A stretch of 63,155 nucleotides of DNA, filler included, from Reclinomonas americana ATCC 50394 (lineage: Eukaryota), in the NCBI GenBank assembly GCA_048213135.1. It is 11 parts of 11 records of this genome, joined end to end, with 100 filler letters (N's around TTAATTAATTAA, not from the genome) between each part and the next. Parts side by side here need not be neighbours in the genome. Positions count along the whole stretch, not along the records: positions 47,767 to 54,196 come from AFZH01017134.1; positions 54,297 to 57,947 come from AFZH01017135.1; positions 58,048 to 63,155 come from AFZH01017136.1; 8 more parts are not named here. The stretch is one strand, 5' to 3'. Under the pieces are notes generated by a model that worked only from the letters and a program-made list of their open reading frames with translations, was not told where the DNA came from and did not search any database. The translations under genes and the position numbers were made by a program. This document shows, in pieces, positions 48,489 to 60,652 of the stretch (the stretch's first letter is position 1; the number at the start of each line of letters is the position of its first letter).

Positions 48489-48792
48489 TCATGGCTCGGA
48501 TTGTCGAGCAAACTGATGATGATGATCGCCACGTGAGAAGCAACGCACAGAGAGAGAGAGAGATAGAGAGAGCAACGTACCATGCACGCTGATAGGCGAT
48601 TCACAATGGGCTTGTGCGACAACACACTGTGTGGAGTGATCAGCAGCGAGTCAAACATCACAAATGACGATGTTGGATGTGTGCGCACCTTTCAAAGTGT
48701 GAGTTTATCGTGCGCACATTGGTGGTGATGCTGTCGGCCAGGGCCACCATCGCACGCAGCGTTTGCAGAGTCTCGGGAGAGATGCCACTCAT
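48489..48792 (-). CDS. Small (57 aa) three-exon helical protein, possibly a DASH/Dam1 complex Dad1/Dad4-like subunit
   Basis: Exons 48792-48689, 48626-48581 and 48512-48489 splice in frame with GT-AG introns: MSGISPETLQTLRAMVALADSITTNVRTINSHFESVLSHKPIVNRLSACMFARQSEP*. The family assignment is tentative. Confidence 0.5.
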
Positions 48793-48875
48793 CGCTTCCT
48801 CAACGAAATCGCGCGCGAAAGTGGTGGGACAGCACACAGGGGCAGCGACTTGTCCATTGTGTACAGTCGTGGGCG

Positions 48876-50189
48876 ATGAGGCCACTCTACCTCTTCGGTG
48901 AGCGATCGCTCTCTTTCTCTCTGTCCCTCTGCACACGACTCTTGCGTTGACAGAGGCTCGTGCAGGTCCAACGGGCATCGGCAAGTCGACGCTGGCGATG
49001 CATGTGGCGCGACTGGTCGGCGAACGTGCTGTCATTGTCAACGCCGACTCGATGCAGGTGATCGCCGCCTTTCCTCCACACGCATGTATGTGTGCGCGCA
49101 GTCTGTTGATGATCGGATGCCGCACAGGTGTACCAGCACATGGATGTCGGCACCGCCAAACCATCGCCCGCAGACAGGCGCGAGATCCCGCATCGCTTGT
49201 ATGATATGGTGCTTCCGTGGGAGGCGTACTCGGTGGCCGACTGGCTACGCGATTTGTCGCGCCTGTTGGCGACGAGTGAGCCGACGATGATTCCGATCCT
49301 GGTTGCGTTTTCTCTCCCCCCACCCGGGCCCGTTTTCTCCGCTCTGTCGCGGCTCACAAGCGGGGAGTGCACGCAGGTCGGTGGCACTGGCCTCTACTTG
49401 CGAGCGCTGTTGGAGGGAATGAGTAGTGGGAGTGTGGCTGACAAGGACCTCGAGCTGCGGCAGAGATTGTCGACCATTGATTCGGAGGAGCTGCATGCAC
49501 GACTCGGTGAGGTGGATCCGGTCATCGCGCAGCGGCTGGCGGTGAACGATCGGCGACGGGTCATTCGTGCTCTGGAGATTGCGGAGAAAACAGGTCGGCC
49601 AGCCAGCGAGCAGCAGCGGCAGTGGCCGTCATTCACTGGATCATCGTCGTCGCTTGCGACCCCAGTGCTGGCGCATCCAGACGATGCGCGACTGCAGCAG
49701 CTGGCCTCGTCGTGCTTGGTGCTGGCCATGAGCTGCGACCGGAAGATGCTCAATCCACTGCTGGATCGACGAGCAGAAGACATGTTCTCTGGGGAGCGGA
49801 TCGTGAGCGAAGTGCGGCACATCAAGCAATTACGAGCTTCGCCATGGGACCCGAACTCGGTGCTGGGTCTGCAGACCGATCATGCCATTGGGTACGCCCA
49901 GGCAATTGCCGCGATGCACGGCAAGATTAGCATGTTGCGTGCCCCAGCGTCGTCCTCGTCGCCGAGTTTCAACTTACCCCTCTGTGTGTGAAGACACGAA
50001 GCCGTGGTCGACACGCAACTACGCACTCGACAACTGGCCAAGCGACAAATGACATACGTACGATCACTACTGCGATCACACGCCGGTCGCATCCAGGAGT
50101 TGTGTGCCGACGAGTATTTGAGTGCTGGTCAGCACACCTGGTCGCAAGCAGCGCCCAGTATTGTTGCCAACATGACAACAACAACATAA
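48876..50189 (+). CDS. miaA: tRNA dimethylallyltransferase (MiaA/TRIT1 family)
   Basis: MRPLYLFG|PTGIGKS P-loop, NADSMQ|VYQHMDVGTAKP, PHRLYD, YSVADW, VGGTGLYLRALLEG, NDRRRVIRALEI, AIGY and TRQLAKRQMTY. Confidence 0.95.
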
Positions 50190-50220
50190 TGATGGATAAT
50201 GCACACATGCAGCTAGCTAT

Positions 50221-51658
50221 TCATACATCGCCCTCTACCACATCGCTTGACTCGCTAATATCATCATCGTCGTCGTCGGCATCGCCGTGGCGGTGCGCAC
50301 CGTCCACGACACCCGCCTCCAGCATACCGTGACTGTCGCGTCGAACGCGACGCTTCTCCACTTGCTCCCGCATGGCTTCGGCACCGTCCAACGCCCGGTT
50401 GGCCGTGGCGGCCACCGACTGCAGCCGGTGGAACATGACACCCGCCACATCCTCGCTGGCGGCCACCGCCGCCGCCGCCATGGCCTCCAGCTCGCGCTCC
50501 TTCTCCTCACGCTCCTCGTTCTCGAGTCGCTGCGCCGTCTCCTCAATGTACTTGACGAGCTCCGTCTCCTCCTCGGTGAGCAGCGACGGATCCTTCACCA
50601 GCAACACCGTGCCCGACGCCAACGTGTGATGCGTCTTCAGCCCACCCGCAATCTCTAACCGCTCCAGCTCGGCGGCAAAATGCTCCATGCTGTTCACGTA
50701 TTCCTGCACACGCGCGTGTTGGCTTAGACGCAGTCAGCGTGAAACGAGTGCGTGGAAACCGGCGCAACTGCTTCCTCGGGTGTCCGCAGTTGCGGCCGTT
50801 TTCTAAACACTCGGAACGCCTCCGCGGCAATCTATACGTATACGCAGTGTGAGTCGTAGTGGCGGAACACAATCGAGGGAGGTGAAAGCATCTCGAAACT
50901 CTTTCCTGCACCGCCAGCGGCGCCGAGTCCTCGACCTGAAACGATTCCAGGTTTTGCACAAACAACTCCACCACCTGCACGCCATCAGCACCAGCGCCAC
51001 AACCTGCACGACGCACGACGCGAAGCACAAAACCTCTGAAATGTACTCTCGATCCTCATCGGTGCGCTCCTCAATCGGCAACACAAACGCACACGCGCCT
51101 GCACACACACCGCACATCAGCACGCCACCACTCGACTCTCTCACACACACAAGCACTGCACCAGAGGCCAGATCCCAGTCGGGCGTTCCACCAAGCTCCT
51201 TTGCACGCGCAAGCACCTTGCCTCGGAACTCCTCCAGCGCCGTGCAATACGCATGCTCCTGCGCGCGCACAAGAGCAGAGGTGAGGCAATGCACACACAC
51301 ACACACAGAGAGGAGGCGATGTGCGCAACGAGTATGCTGCGATCAGCAGGGTCGGTGGCATACGCAGCCGCGGTTCCACACGCCACATCAAACTCCTCCT
51401 CAGGCGTCAACGTCACCGGCTCATCCTACTCCACCACACACACACACTATCAGTCACTTGCGTGTGCACGCGCGTCTCTCTCTCTGTCTCTCTCACCTCT
51501 GGTCGCTTTGGAGGCGGTGGTGGTGGCGGTGGAGGCACTGGTGGCGCCGAGGCCGCGGCCACTGCATCCACAATGGCGCTAAAGTCGCGCTCAGGTGCCT
51601 CGCGTTGTGCGGACACGTCGGCAGAGGAGCGCGACCACCATCGCCCACCGCGCTGCAT
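50221..51658 (-). CDS. Hypothetical multi-exon protein with C-terminal coiled coil and acidic tail
   Basis: Series of coding-like exons from MQRGGRWWSRS.. to ..EETAQRLENEEREEKERELEAM..DDDDDDISESSDVVEGDV*, with canonical introns. Confidence 0.6.
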
Positions 51659-51708
51659 GCGAACTAAACAATGAGTCGACTGATTGTGTGTGTGTTCTTA
51701 TCTATTCA

Positions 51709-52257
51709 ATGTCACTGAGGCAGCAGGCACTGGGCGCGTATCGTACACTGTTGCGTGCGCAGGCGCGTACGTTTGAGGGCGATGTGCCGATGTTGCAGGG
51801 TGCGCGGGCGCAGACGCGGACGGCCTTTCGCTCGAACGCTGTTGCGCGCACTCTCTCTCTTGCCACTGTCTCTGTGTGTGTGTGCTCATGCTCGTCGTGT
51901 GCAGGGGTTGACTGACCCGAGTCAGATCCGCGAGTCCATTGAGCTGGCGCGCGAGACGGCGTCGTTTCTGAGCACGCAGCTCGTGCAGGGTCGACTCAAT
52001 GAGCAAGCACAGTATGGTTTGAACGCGCCTCTGTTCTGCTGTTGTGTGCTTGCTTGCGTCGTGTGCTGAGCAGCAGGGAGTGCGTAGAGGTGAAGGTGCC
52101 GCCGGAGAAGGTGCAGGTTGGGGCGGGCGAATCGCTGACAATGTCGGTGGATCCTGTCACGGAGAGCATGCTGGGCACGGCGGCCACCACGCCCAAGCTC
52201 AAGGCGCAGCGGAGACGCGCCGCACCGTCGTCTTCCACGGGAGGCAGTCAGCAGTGA
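51709..52257 (+). CDS. LYRM7: LYR-motif protein, complex III assembly factor LYRM7/MZM1-like
   Basis: ALGAYRTLLRAQARTFEGDVPMLQGARAQTRTAF...ARETASFLSTQLVQG matches the MZM1/LYRM7 pattern (YR.LLR...TF.GD...L..AR...F; FL..NLVQG). Confidence 0.85.
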
Positions 52258-52403
52258 CTTGGTCCACATACCGCCTCCCAAGTGAACAGCATTGTAGAGA
52301 CAACAGCAACATTGTTTGCCTTTCACCACCACCACCACAAAACACCACAAAACACACAGAGAAGGAGAGAGAGAGAGAAGGAAGGAAAGAAAGAAAGGAA
52401 CGA

Positions 52404-53637
52404 TTAGTGGCACTTGGGGAAGCTGAAGCCACCGCAGGCGATCAACACGATGATGAAGATGGCGACCTGCACAACATCAAGCAACAGCAGTGAGCACATG
52501 CATTCCACCCGTGCAGCCTCCCGTGACTCACAATTGCGATGACAATGAGGATGATGGTCAGCTTCATGCTCTTGACACACATGTGCTTCCGCAGCGTGGT
52601 CGACCTTTGCCGGAAGCTGGTGGCGTTCGTCTGCAGTGCATCAGTCCTGCCACACAACACAACACAACGTCAGGTCCCCACCAGTCGCTTCCACCCCCTC
52701 GTTCTCACGCCATCCCGCAACTTCTCCACCAGCAGTGAAATCTTCTCACCGCGCGCCAACACCTTGTCGATGTTGTCCGTCATAATGTTCTTCACCTCCT
52801 CGATCTCACCGCGCACTTTGCGAATGCGATCGGCGTTGGGATTGTTGGAGAAGTAGTCCTGTCAACGAACGCACGTGAGCACTCTGTCGCTGCACAGAAG
52901 GAAGAAAGAGGCCAAGACCATTTGCTTCTCCAGCACGCGCTTGAACCCCGACTGCATCTCGCGCTTGCTGGCCGTCTGCCACTTGCGTCCGTACGTGGCC
53001 AAGAAGCGGTTCTGCAGGTCGGCCAAGAACGCAAATGGTCGCGTTCGTCCAAAGTCTGCACACGCGGAAATGAGAGACACATGAGGAAGGAGAAGAAGGA
53101 GAAGTGGAAGGAGCACCTTGTGCGGCCAGGCAGAGGAAGACCAGCTCGCCCGAGGCCACAAAGTGGAATGCATACGAGTCATACAAATACGACATGCGGC
53201 GCTATATGCATCAACACATCAAGTCAGTCAGTTCAACTGCCCTTGTCTTCCTATCTCATAGTTGCTTGTTTCCTTTTGTTTGAGGTTACCTCTGAGGGCG
53301 CACTGGCAGAGACGCGGTTCTCCTCGGCGACCTTTTCCAGAATGCGCTCGGTCACAGTTTGAAAGTTGCCGGCCTTGGTCGCCTGGTCGCACAGAATGGT
53401 CGACCCGCGTGCCACCACCGCGTACACTGTTCGTCAGAGACACAAACAATGAGTGCCGTGTTGTCTCCCTCATATGTGTGTGCGCGCGCGCGCGTGTAGT
53501 CTGTGCGTAGATGTCCATCGCGCGCCCTCTCATTCGCGTTTCTCAATGGCTGCTCGCTGCGCAACGCCTGCACTAGCTCACACGCATGGCAGTAGGACGC
53601 GCCACTCACCGATGCCCTCGCTCTCCGCCGCCGCCAT
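52404..53637 (-). CDS. VAMP7: VAMP7-like longin R-SNARE
   Basis: VYAVVARGSTIL..GNF, RMSYLYDSYAFH, FGRTRPFAFLADL..F, the SNARE motif EVKNIMTDNIDKVLARGEKISLLV..TDALQ, and a TM helix ending CGGFSFPKCH*. Confidence 0.95.
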
Positions 53638-53659
53638 CTGACTCGATTACACGGTCTGT

Positions 53660-53689
53660 CCGATTGGCCCGCAGCGGTCGGCCGATTGG
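53660..53689. promoter_or_regulatory. Two CCGATTGG (reverse CCAAT-box) motifs in the VAMP7/RPL18A divergent promoter
   Basis: ccgattgg at 53660-53667 and 53682-53689, just upstream of the VAMP7 ATG. Confidence 0.45.
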
Positions 53690-53950
53690 ACCGGCCAAAT
53701 CTCACTCACTCACACAAGGTGCATAGGGCGCATCGACCATCTTCTGTGTCGCAGTGAGGTGTTCGTGGGCAGTACGTGTGGTAGCACCGAGTGCTTGTGT
53801 GTCTGTGTGTGAGGAGAGCGAGGCAGGGGCGTGTGTGCGTGTGCGTGGGGTGGTGCATGTGCGCGGGCATCATGTGCATGTTTTCCTTCATCCCCCTGTG
53901 CACGCTCGCCCCGTTGTCGCTCACTCGTGTGCGTATGTGCAGGCATAACC

Positions 53951-54142
53951 ATGGGCAAGAAGGCCGACAACGCACAGGTGCGATGGCTTGCAGCATTGGT
54001 CGAACTGTCATGATGCACACTCTTCTGACACACACGCACACACACACAGATGCGTCTCTATGTGGTCATGGGCCGCAAGGCGCCCAAGACGGCGGATGAC
54101 GTGCAGCCAGTCTTCCGCATGAAGGTGTTCGCGCCGAACAAG
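53951..54142 (+). CDS. RPL18A: 60S ribosomal protein L18a (eL20), 5' exons only
   Basis: MGKKADNAQ|MRLYVVMGRKAPKTADDVQPVFRMKVFAPNK. Matches the eL20 N-terminal Y.V.GR..P...P.YRM.IFAPN pattern. Confidence 0.88.
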
Positions 54143-54496
54143 GTGTGAACGCAAGCACGCACGAATTCTCAAGGAGAGAGTGAGAGACTGATCGACNNNN
54201 NNNNNNNNNNNNNNNNNNNNNNNNNNNNNNNNNNNNNNNNTTAATTAATTAANNNNNNNNNNNNNNNNNNNNNNNNNNNNNNNNNNNNNNNNNNNNCGTT
54301 CCATGTCGTCTCCACCTGCTGTCACGCCCCATTTGTTCTTGTCTCTCATTCTCGTTGTGTGTCCATGCCGTGTCTCTTGTTGTTCTGTGTGTGCGTGTGC
54401 TGCATGGCGCTGTCGTTTCGTCCCACGTAAATGCCTTGTGTCCTGCATCCATACGCCTCTGTTGTTATCGCATCATTTTCGTTTGTTTTCCGCGCC

Positions 54497-56094
54497 ATGG
54501 CGGGCCCTGGTGGTGGCGGCTGGCGCGACACGTTTCAGCAGGCGCTCGGCCGTCTCGGTCTCTACGACCATCCACCACCTCTCGACACATCCGCATTACC
54601 GTCTTCTTCATCATCCTCACCTCGCTCCCGATTTCCATCTCAAAGACAAGCCACACGTGTGGCGCAGCACGATGCCCGCGCCATCGAATCAGAGTTGGAG
54701 CACCTGTTGGGCTACCAATGGGACAGCGTCACCGCGTACGCGCCAGTTCCGTGTGTGCACATCGGAGCATGCGCGATGATGATGATTGCTGATTGATCGG
54801 TGCAGGCATTGCTGATGGAACGACTCCGACCAGAGCTGAAGCTGCTGCTGCGCAGCACCGTGTTCTACCTGTCGTTCTGGCGACACGCCGCAACGTATGG
54901 CGACTGGGTGCAGGGCCTGTCGTATCGCGGCAATGGTGGTCTGTCTCTGCTTTTGTTTCGTGTGCGAGGTGGAGGTTGTGCGCTGACGGCGAGTGTCGCA
55001 CACACACCAGGTCAACCCGTGTCGCGGCGGCAGAGGATCGTGTATGGTCTGCTCACCGTGGTGCTGCCGTATGTCTTGGAACGATTCCAGCAGTTCGTCG
55101 TCCAGCGAGGATGGTCCGCCGCGTCGGCAAGGGCGAATGCCGATGGTGCTGGTGCAGCCGACGGTGGCGAGGATGTCAGCGATGAGGCGTTTGCAGAGAC
55201 CACAGCGGCCAGTGTGCTTCCGGCGGCGGCAAACGAACCCGTGGTCGGTGGTGCAGCAGCTGCTGGTGCTGGTGCTGGTGCAATTCGCGGTCCGCGACGA
55301 CTGGAACCCACCATGCCGACCGTCTGGCAAAGCCGCCTGTCGCGATTCATGGCGCACGCCGAGACCGCCCATCGATTGTTCTCGCTGCTCAACTTTCTCG
55401 TCTTTGTGGGCGGTGGAAGATATGTCTTCTTGCACTCCGCATCTGTTGTTGTGCTGTTCGCTGGGGCTGACAACATGCGCGCACATATCGCAGCCTGGTG
55501 GATCGCCTGGTTGGCGTGCGACTGCAGTACGACATGGTGCCTTCGTCACTGCAGCAAGTCGGCTTTGAGTACCTCAACCGGCACATTGTGTGGCGCGGTG
55601 TTGGCGTGAGTCATCAAAGGGATCTCCGAGCTTTCTCCCACGCACTCATACTCGCCTCGCTGCAGGACTTTGTGCTGTTCCTATTACCACTACTGGACCT
55701 TGATCGTGTCCGTCGAGCCATCGTACGACGATTCCGCTCGGCACACGCGCTTCCGTCGCACTTGCCGCCCGACGCATGCGCCATTTGCTACACGAGGAGA
55801 ATACAGGTGCGCTGTTGGATTGCAAGGGTCGTGATGGAGATGCTCACTCACTCACTTTCTACGATGCAGATACCATACGTGTGCGAACCGTGCCACCACG
55901 TATTCTGCTACACGTGCCTGCAGGAGCGTGTGTCGGACGACGCGGAAGCGTGGCTGCTGCCGTGGAACCTCGGCAAATCCAAGACCGCCTGTCCACGCTG
56001 CGGAACCTCCATCGAATCCACTCACCGATTGCAGCCGGCTCAACTTGCACCGATCACCTTGCCTGCGGATCCACCACCATTACCGCCGTCATAA
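54497..56094 (+). CDS. PEX2: Peroxin-2 (PEX2) RING E3 ligase
   Basis: RVAQHDARAIESEL, RPELKLLL, ATYGD..QGLSY, LLNFLVFVGGGRY-RSLVDRL, FEYLNRHIVW, FVLFLLPL and a C3HC4 RING CAIC..PCHHVFCYTC..CPRCG. Confidence 0.93.
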
Positions 56095-56138
56095 AAACTC
56101 TCGCATCTGTTAACACACTGTATCTTACACTAGCGGGT

Positions 56139-57133
56139 CTATGATGGTGGTCTTTTGCACACGTGTATCGCCCACAACACTAGCAGCACAATGGCGCCGC
56201 ACACCTGCAATGCAACGGTGACCACCAGTGCGATCCCAGCCCTGCGTGGAGAGAGAAAGAGTTGCTGAGTGTGTGCGCACAGTTCTGTCAATCGGAAAAA
56301 AGTGAGGGCGCACCACCCAGTGCTGCAGATCGTGCCGGCACTGGCCAGGGTCAGGCCACTGGCGATAAACACGGTAATCACCCAAAAGTTCCACCACATG
56401 CGCGGACTCCGCGTGCCTGCAAGACGCACATCAGCAACGCATCCGTGCAGAGCGCAACGACAACACTTGGCGTACCGTGGTGACTGTTGAAGACATCCAG
56501 CCGATAGAACTCTGCACACGAGACGCGCTTTCAGTGCACGCTCTCCACCTCTCTCTCCACTCTTTCCTCTCCCTCGCAACTCTTCGGGCAAATCAACAAC
56601 GACAGCGCGCTCATGATAATCGACTGCGCCGCCAGCAACCCTCCAATGAGCGCCGCATACGCCGACTCGGGCAGCTGCGGCTCCTCCGGGTCGACATCGT
56701 CCTGCTGCACGAGCACCACCACTCCAAACGCCGCCACCCCGACCTGCACCAGCAGCAGGCACACAAATAGCGCAAACGACCATCGCCGTCGCCGAGCATC
56801 GCGCGGTGTCATGAGACTGAGTCGCAGTGTGCCCGTGGCTCCCGACATTTGCGTGTTGTTGGTGAGCGTGCCCGGCATGAGCAGTGATGCGTAGCTGCCG
56901 TAGGCGCGCGGTGCCGGACTCAGCGGCGACATGGTGATCAGGGGCGATAGTGATTCATCCGAGGCTGCAACACCATCAACTACAGTCGGTCTCTGTGAAG
57001 TGGAGCGCGTGTGCGTGCAGGGGGAGAAGGAACGCAACAGGGTGCTGCCTGGGTGGAGCCGACGACCAGTGGACCACCGACGCTGCGACGGGACGAGTAT
57101 GCAGAGGAGGGTGCGGCAGTGGTCGGAGGCCAT
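56139..57133 (-). CDS. Hypothetical membrane protein with about 4 TM helices (start uncertain)
   Basis: Hydrophobic segments WSFALFVCLLLVQVGVAAFGVVVLV, AALIGGLLAAQSIIMSALSLLI, FWVITVFIASGLTLASAG and GIALVVTVALQVCGAIVLLVLWAI. Confidence 0.6.
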
Positions 57134-57771
57134 TGCGGAACAATCAGATTGGCGTGCCGTCCTCCACTGCGCGTGCTGGTGGGCAGGGAGGCGAGGGCGG
57201 AACGGTGGCTACCGCCTCCACCGCTGCGTGTGGACATGCAGCAGTCAAGGGTCGCAAGTGCGTTCGATAATCGATTTTTGCTTATTTGTGTTGCAATCTT
57301 GAGTGCGGGACGCCTTTCTTTTTTCTTGTTTTCTGTGTTTCATTCCGTCAACAGCCCAACACACTCATCAAACATAACTACCTCCACCAGAACACACAAA
57401 AGCAACAGGAGACACAAAACATCTTGCAGACGCGACACCACAATACACACACGGGAAAGTTGGGAACACACACGAGAAAGACAGACAGACAAAGCGCATC
57501 ACCATCATCATCACTGCCAAACACCACTACGTAGCAGAGAAGAACAAGAGCCAGAGAGAGAGGGAGAGAGAGGCCAGAATAAACCTCTCTCTCATCATCT
57601 TCCCTGACTCACTCACTCCTCGCCATGATAACAACAGTACGAACAACGATTTGCGCCTGCCCTGCCTGCCCCCTCCCCTTCCTACTCCCACAGAAATCCA
57701 GCGCATGGTTGCAGCAGCAGTAGCATCAACACTACAAGAGAGCCTCACATCTCCAATCACACTGGTGCGTC

Positions 57772-57889
57772 TTAGAAGGCGTTGAATGCCTTGGCGTACG
57801 CAGCCTTGCTCGTCTCAATCTTGAGCAGGTTGAAGCGCACCGTCTTGGACAGCGGCCGGCACTGGCCAAACACCACCTGATCACCAGGC
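57772..57889 (-). CDS. RPS11: 40S ribosomal protein S11 (uS17), last exon only
   Basis: [24 protein letters not shown]...KAFNAF-TAA. Confidence 0.93.
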
Positions 57890-58274
57890 TGATCCATGAA
57901 GGTTTGATGAGTGTGAATGATGAAATAAAAAAGTGACTGAAATTGTGNNNNNNNNNNNNNNNNNNNNNNNNNNNNNNNNNNNNNNNNNNNNTTAATTAAT
58001 TAANNNNNNNNNNNNNNNNNNNNNNNNNNNNNNNNNNNNNNNNNNNNACACAAACACACACACAACACACGCGCACGCTCTGACTGACACACACACACAA
58101 ACGAGCACGCGCTACACATGCTCTGCTCTCTGCTCTCTTTCTCTCTGTCAGTCAGTCAGTGCCGCACCTGGCCCTCCATTGTTGATGCTCTGGTGTGAGT
58201 GTGACGTTCAGTAGTGAGGGACAGAAGACAATCGCAAGCGAGCACCGTCTCTGTCCCTCAATCACACTCACACA

Positions 58275-58881
58275 ATGGCCCAAGTGTCGTTCAAGATCAC
58301 GCTCACCTCTGACCCCGACTTGCCCTTCAAGGTTTGCTCATACGTGTGTGCGCAGACAGAGTGAAAGAGAGTGAAAGAGAGAGAACGAAAGGAAGAAGAG
58401 AGACTGACTTGAGACTGAGACGAAGAGAGAGGGAGTGAAGGAGACAGAAGAAGGGACTCACTGACATTCGCGTATGCTCACAGGTGGTCAAGGCACCTGA
58501 GAACGCACCCTTCTCAGCAGTGCTCAAGTTTGCTGCGCGTCAGGTTCGTGTGTGACGTGTGTGTGTGTCTCTCTCTCCCACGCAGAGACGACGACTGCAG
58601 CTGACCCACTGCTGCGCAGTTTGATCAGAACCCCGACACCAGCGCCATCATCTCAGAAGGTGAGTGAGTGAGTGAGAGCCGAATCGGAGCTCACTCTTTC
58701 GTGGTCTCATCCTCTTTGCGCAGACGGTGCCGGCATCTCGTTGGATCAGACAGCAGGTGAGCAGGTCACAAGCATCTCTATGTAAGTGTGTGTGTGTTGT
58801 AACACCGAGTGGCACACAGGCAACGTGTTTCTCAAGTTCGGTTCATCACTGCGTTTGATCCCGCGCGATCGTGTGGGTTAA
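58275..58881 (+). CDS. UFM1: Ubiquitin-fold modifier 1, 5 exons, 83 aa
   Basis: Exons 58275-58331, 58484-58543, 58620-58659, 58724-58756 and 58820-58881: [83 protein letters not shown]. Confidence 0.97.
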
Positions 58882-58978
58882 AACTGCTGTACACTTGGTG
58901 GTTGCTGTTGTTGTTGCTGTTGTTGTCTCACGCGAGGAGCGAGGAAAAGAGAAGGAGAGAGAGAATGAAATATGTTGC

Positions 58979-60567
58979 TCATGTGGCGCGCGCTTGGTAA
59001 AACAGCAGGTAGCTCGTCTGCATCGAGCCGAACTCGCCCTGTGGAACGCCGAATGTGCTCATCACCGTGTCCTCGTCGACCAGCTGCACGGGATTCTCAT
59101 TCAGGGTCTGCCGAGGGAGAAAGAGAGAGAGAGAATGAGAGAGCGATGCGTACCTCCACGTATTCGTCGTCGTATTGCAGCCAGCGACCCTTGGACTTGA
59201 CGTAGCTGATGTAGTGACCGTGGTTCGGGCCGGACCCGATGTGTACCACCACACCAAACAGGTCGTACAGTTGTTCGGGGTTTGGTGCGTCGTCCGACTG
59301 CCCACGAGGTGAGAAACAGAAAATAACACACTTGTCACTGGAAATCGTCCAACGCACATAGTTGCGCAGTTTGAGCTCAAAGGGAAACACGACGCGCACA
59401 GTCAGCTTCTTGTAGTAGCCGTACTGCTCCAGGAACTTGAATCTGTGTGTGCGTCACAAGCGCTGAGTTCTCCACTTCTTCTCCTTGCCCCCCAAAATAT
59501 CGTCCAACCTCTTTTGATGCAGAGCCAACACCGGCGGCGCCTTCTTGATGCGTGTCCTTCTCTGTGCCTCCTGCAAGCAGCAACATGTGTTGCAGTAGAA
59601 CTTGTCCTCCTTGCCCATGGTCTCCGTGGCCGACAAGCCATTCAAGCAGTGCGTAATGGACGAATTCTGCACCACATCCACCGACAAGTCCAAGAACGAC
59701 TCCTCCCGCGACGTGACCGTCTCACACGACAGGCACTTGACCTCGTTCGTCAGCGTGCCCTGGAACAACTCGTGCACCCACGTTCGCATCTTGCGATCTG
59801 CCGGGGAACTCAGCACACACCACCCACCATCATCGCACCAAATGAGCCCGACGCTACACACCCACAGTCTTGCCGGGCGCTGTGGACTCCTCCTGCAGAA
59901 TCTCCGCCATGTTGTTGATGAGAAAGTTGAAGAACTCGTGTGCATCCTGCTGCACGTACTCCTCAAACAACGCTGCACCCCACATCACACAGTTGTCAGA
60001 CCTCCTCCACAAAGAGCGACGACGACAAGTCCACTTTGCGCGACGCAACCATTCTCCTGCAACAGCTTCTTCACAAAGTCACGCGGTCCCAGAAAGCCAG
60101 TGCGCTTCTTCTGTGACATGATGCCGTGGAAGAGGGCCGCCAGACGACCCAACAAGTGATCGTGCTGATTGACACAGGCACAGACGCAGTCAGTTGCTGC
60201 GATTTGCACACAGAGACAAGGAGAAGGAGAGAGCAGGAGGAGGGAGAGGCTGTGTGTGTGTCTCTCTCTGTGTGCGTGTGTGTGAGGGTAACTGGTGCTC
60301 CTCGCTCGTCCATCTGCTCGTGATACTGAATGAGTCGCCTCCGCAGAGGCGCGCAGCCAAACAATGACTGCAGAGTGGCATTGCAGTAGCATGTGTTGCC
60401 GAACTGTGAACGTGACGCGAGAGTGAGAACGAGAGAGGGAAGAGTGAGCGACACGTGTGTGTGTGTGCGAGTGTGTGCGCCGAAACGTTGCTGAATCCAT
60501 AGTATCGCTCTCCCTCGGGAAACTCGGCACCCAGTGCCTTCTCTAACCGGCTTTGTGAGCTGCCCAT
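58979..60567 (-). CDS. USP46: Ubiquitin-specific protease of the USP12/USP46 group
   Basis: [35 protein letters not shown] (Cys box), [59 protein letters not shown] (His box) and YLLFY. Confidence 0.95.
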
Positions 60568-60652
60568 TCAAGCCACGCTCGCGAGAGGGTGTGTCGGTGT
60601 GTGTGTGTGCAAACAGGACAACTTCATGGTCTTATTTTTACATTCATAGGAG

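Noticed and set aside
52404..60567. Functional cluster of ubiquitin-like, peroxisome and trafficking genes (PEX2, UFM1, USP12/46, VAMP7)
   Set aside because: Unrelated housekeeping genes are interleaved and gaps intervene. There is no evidence beyond chance adjacency in a compact genome.
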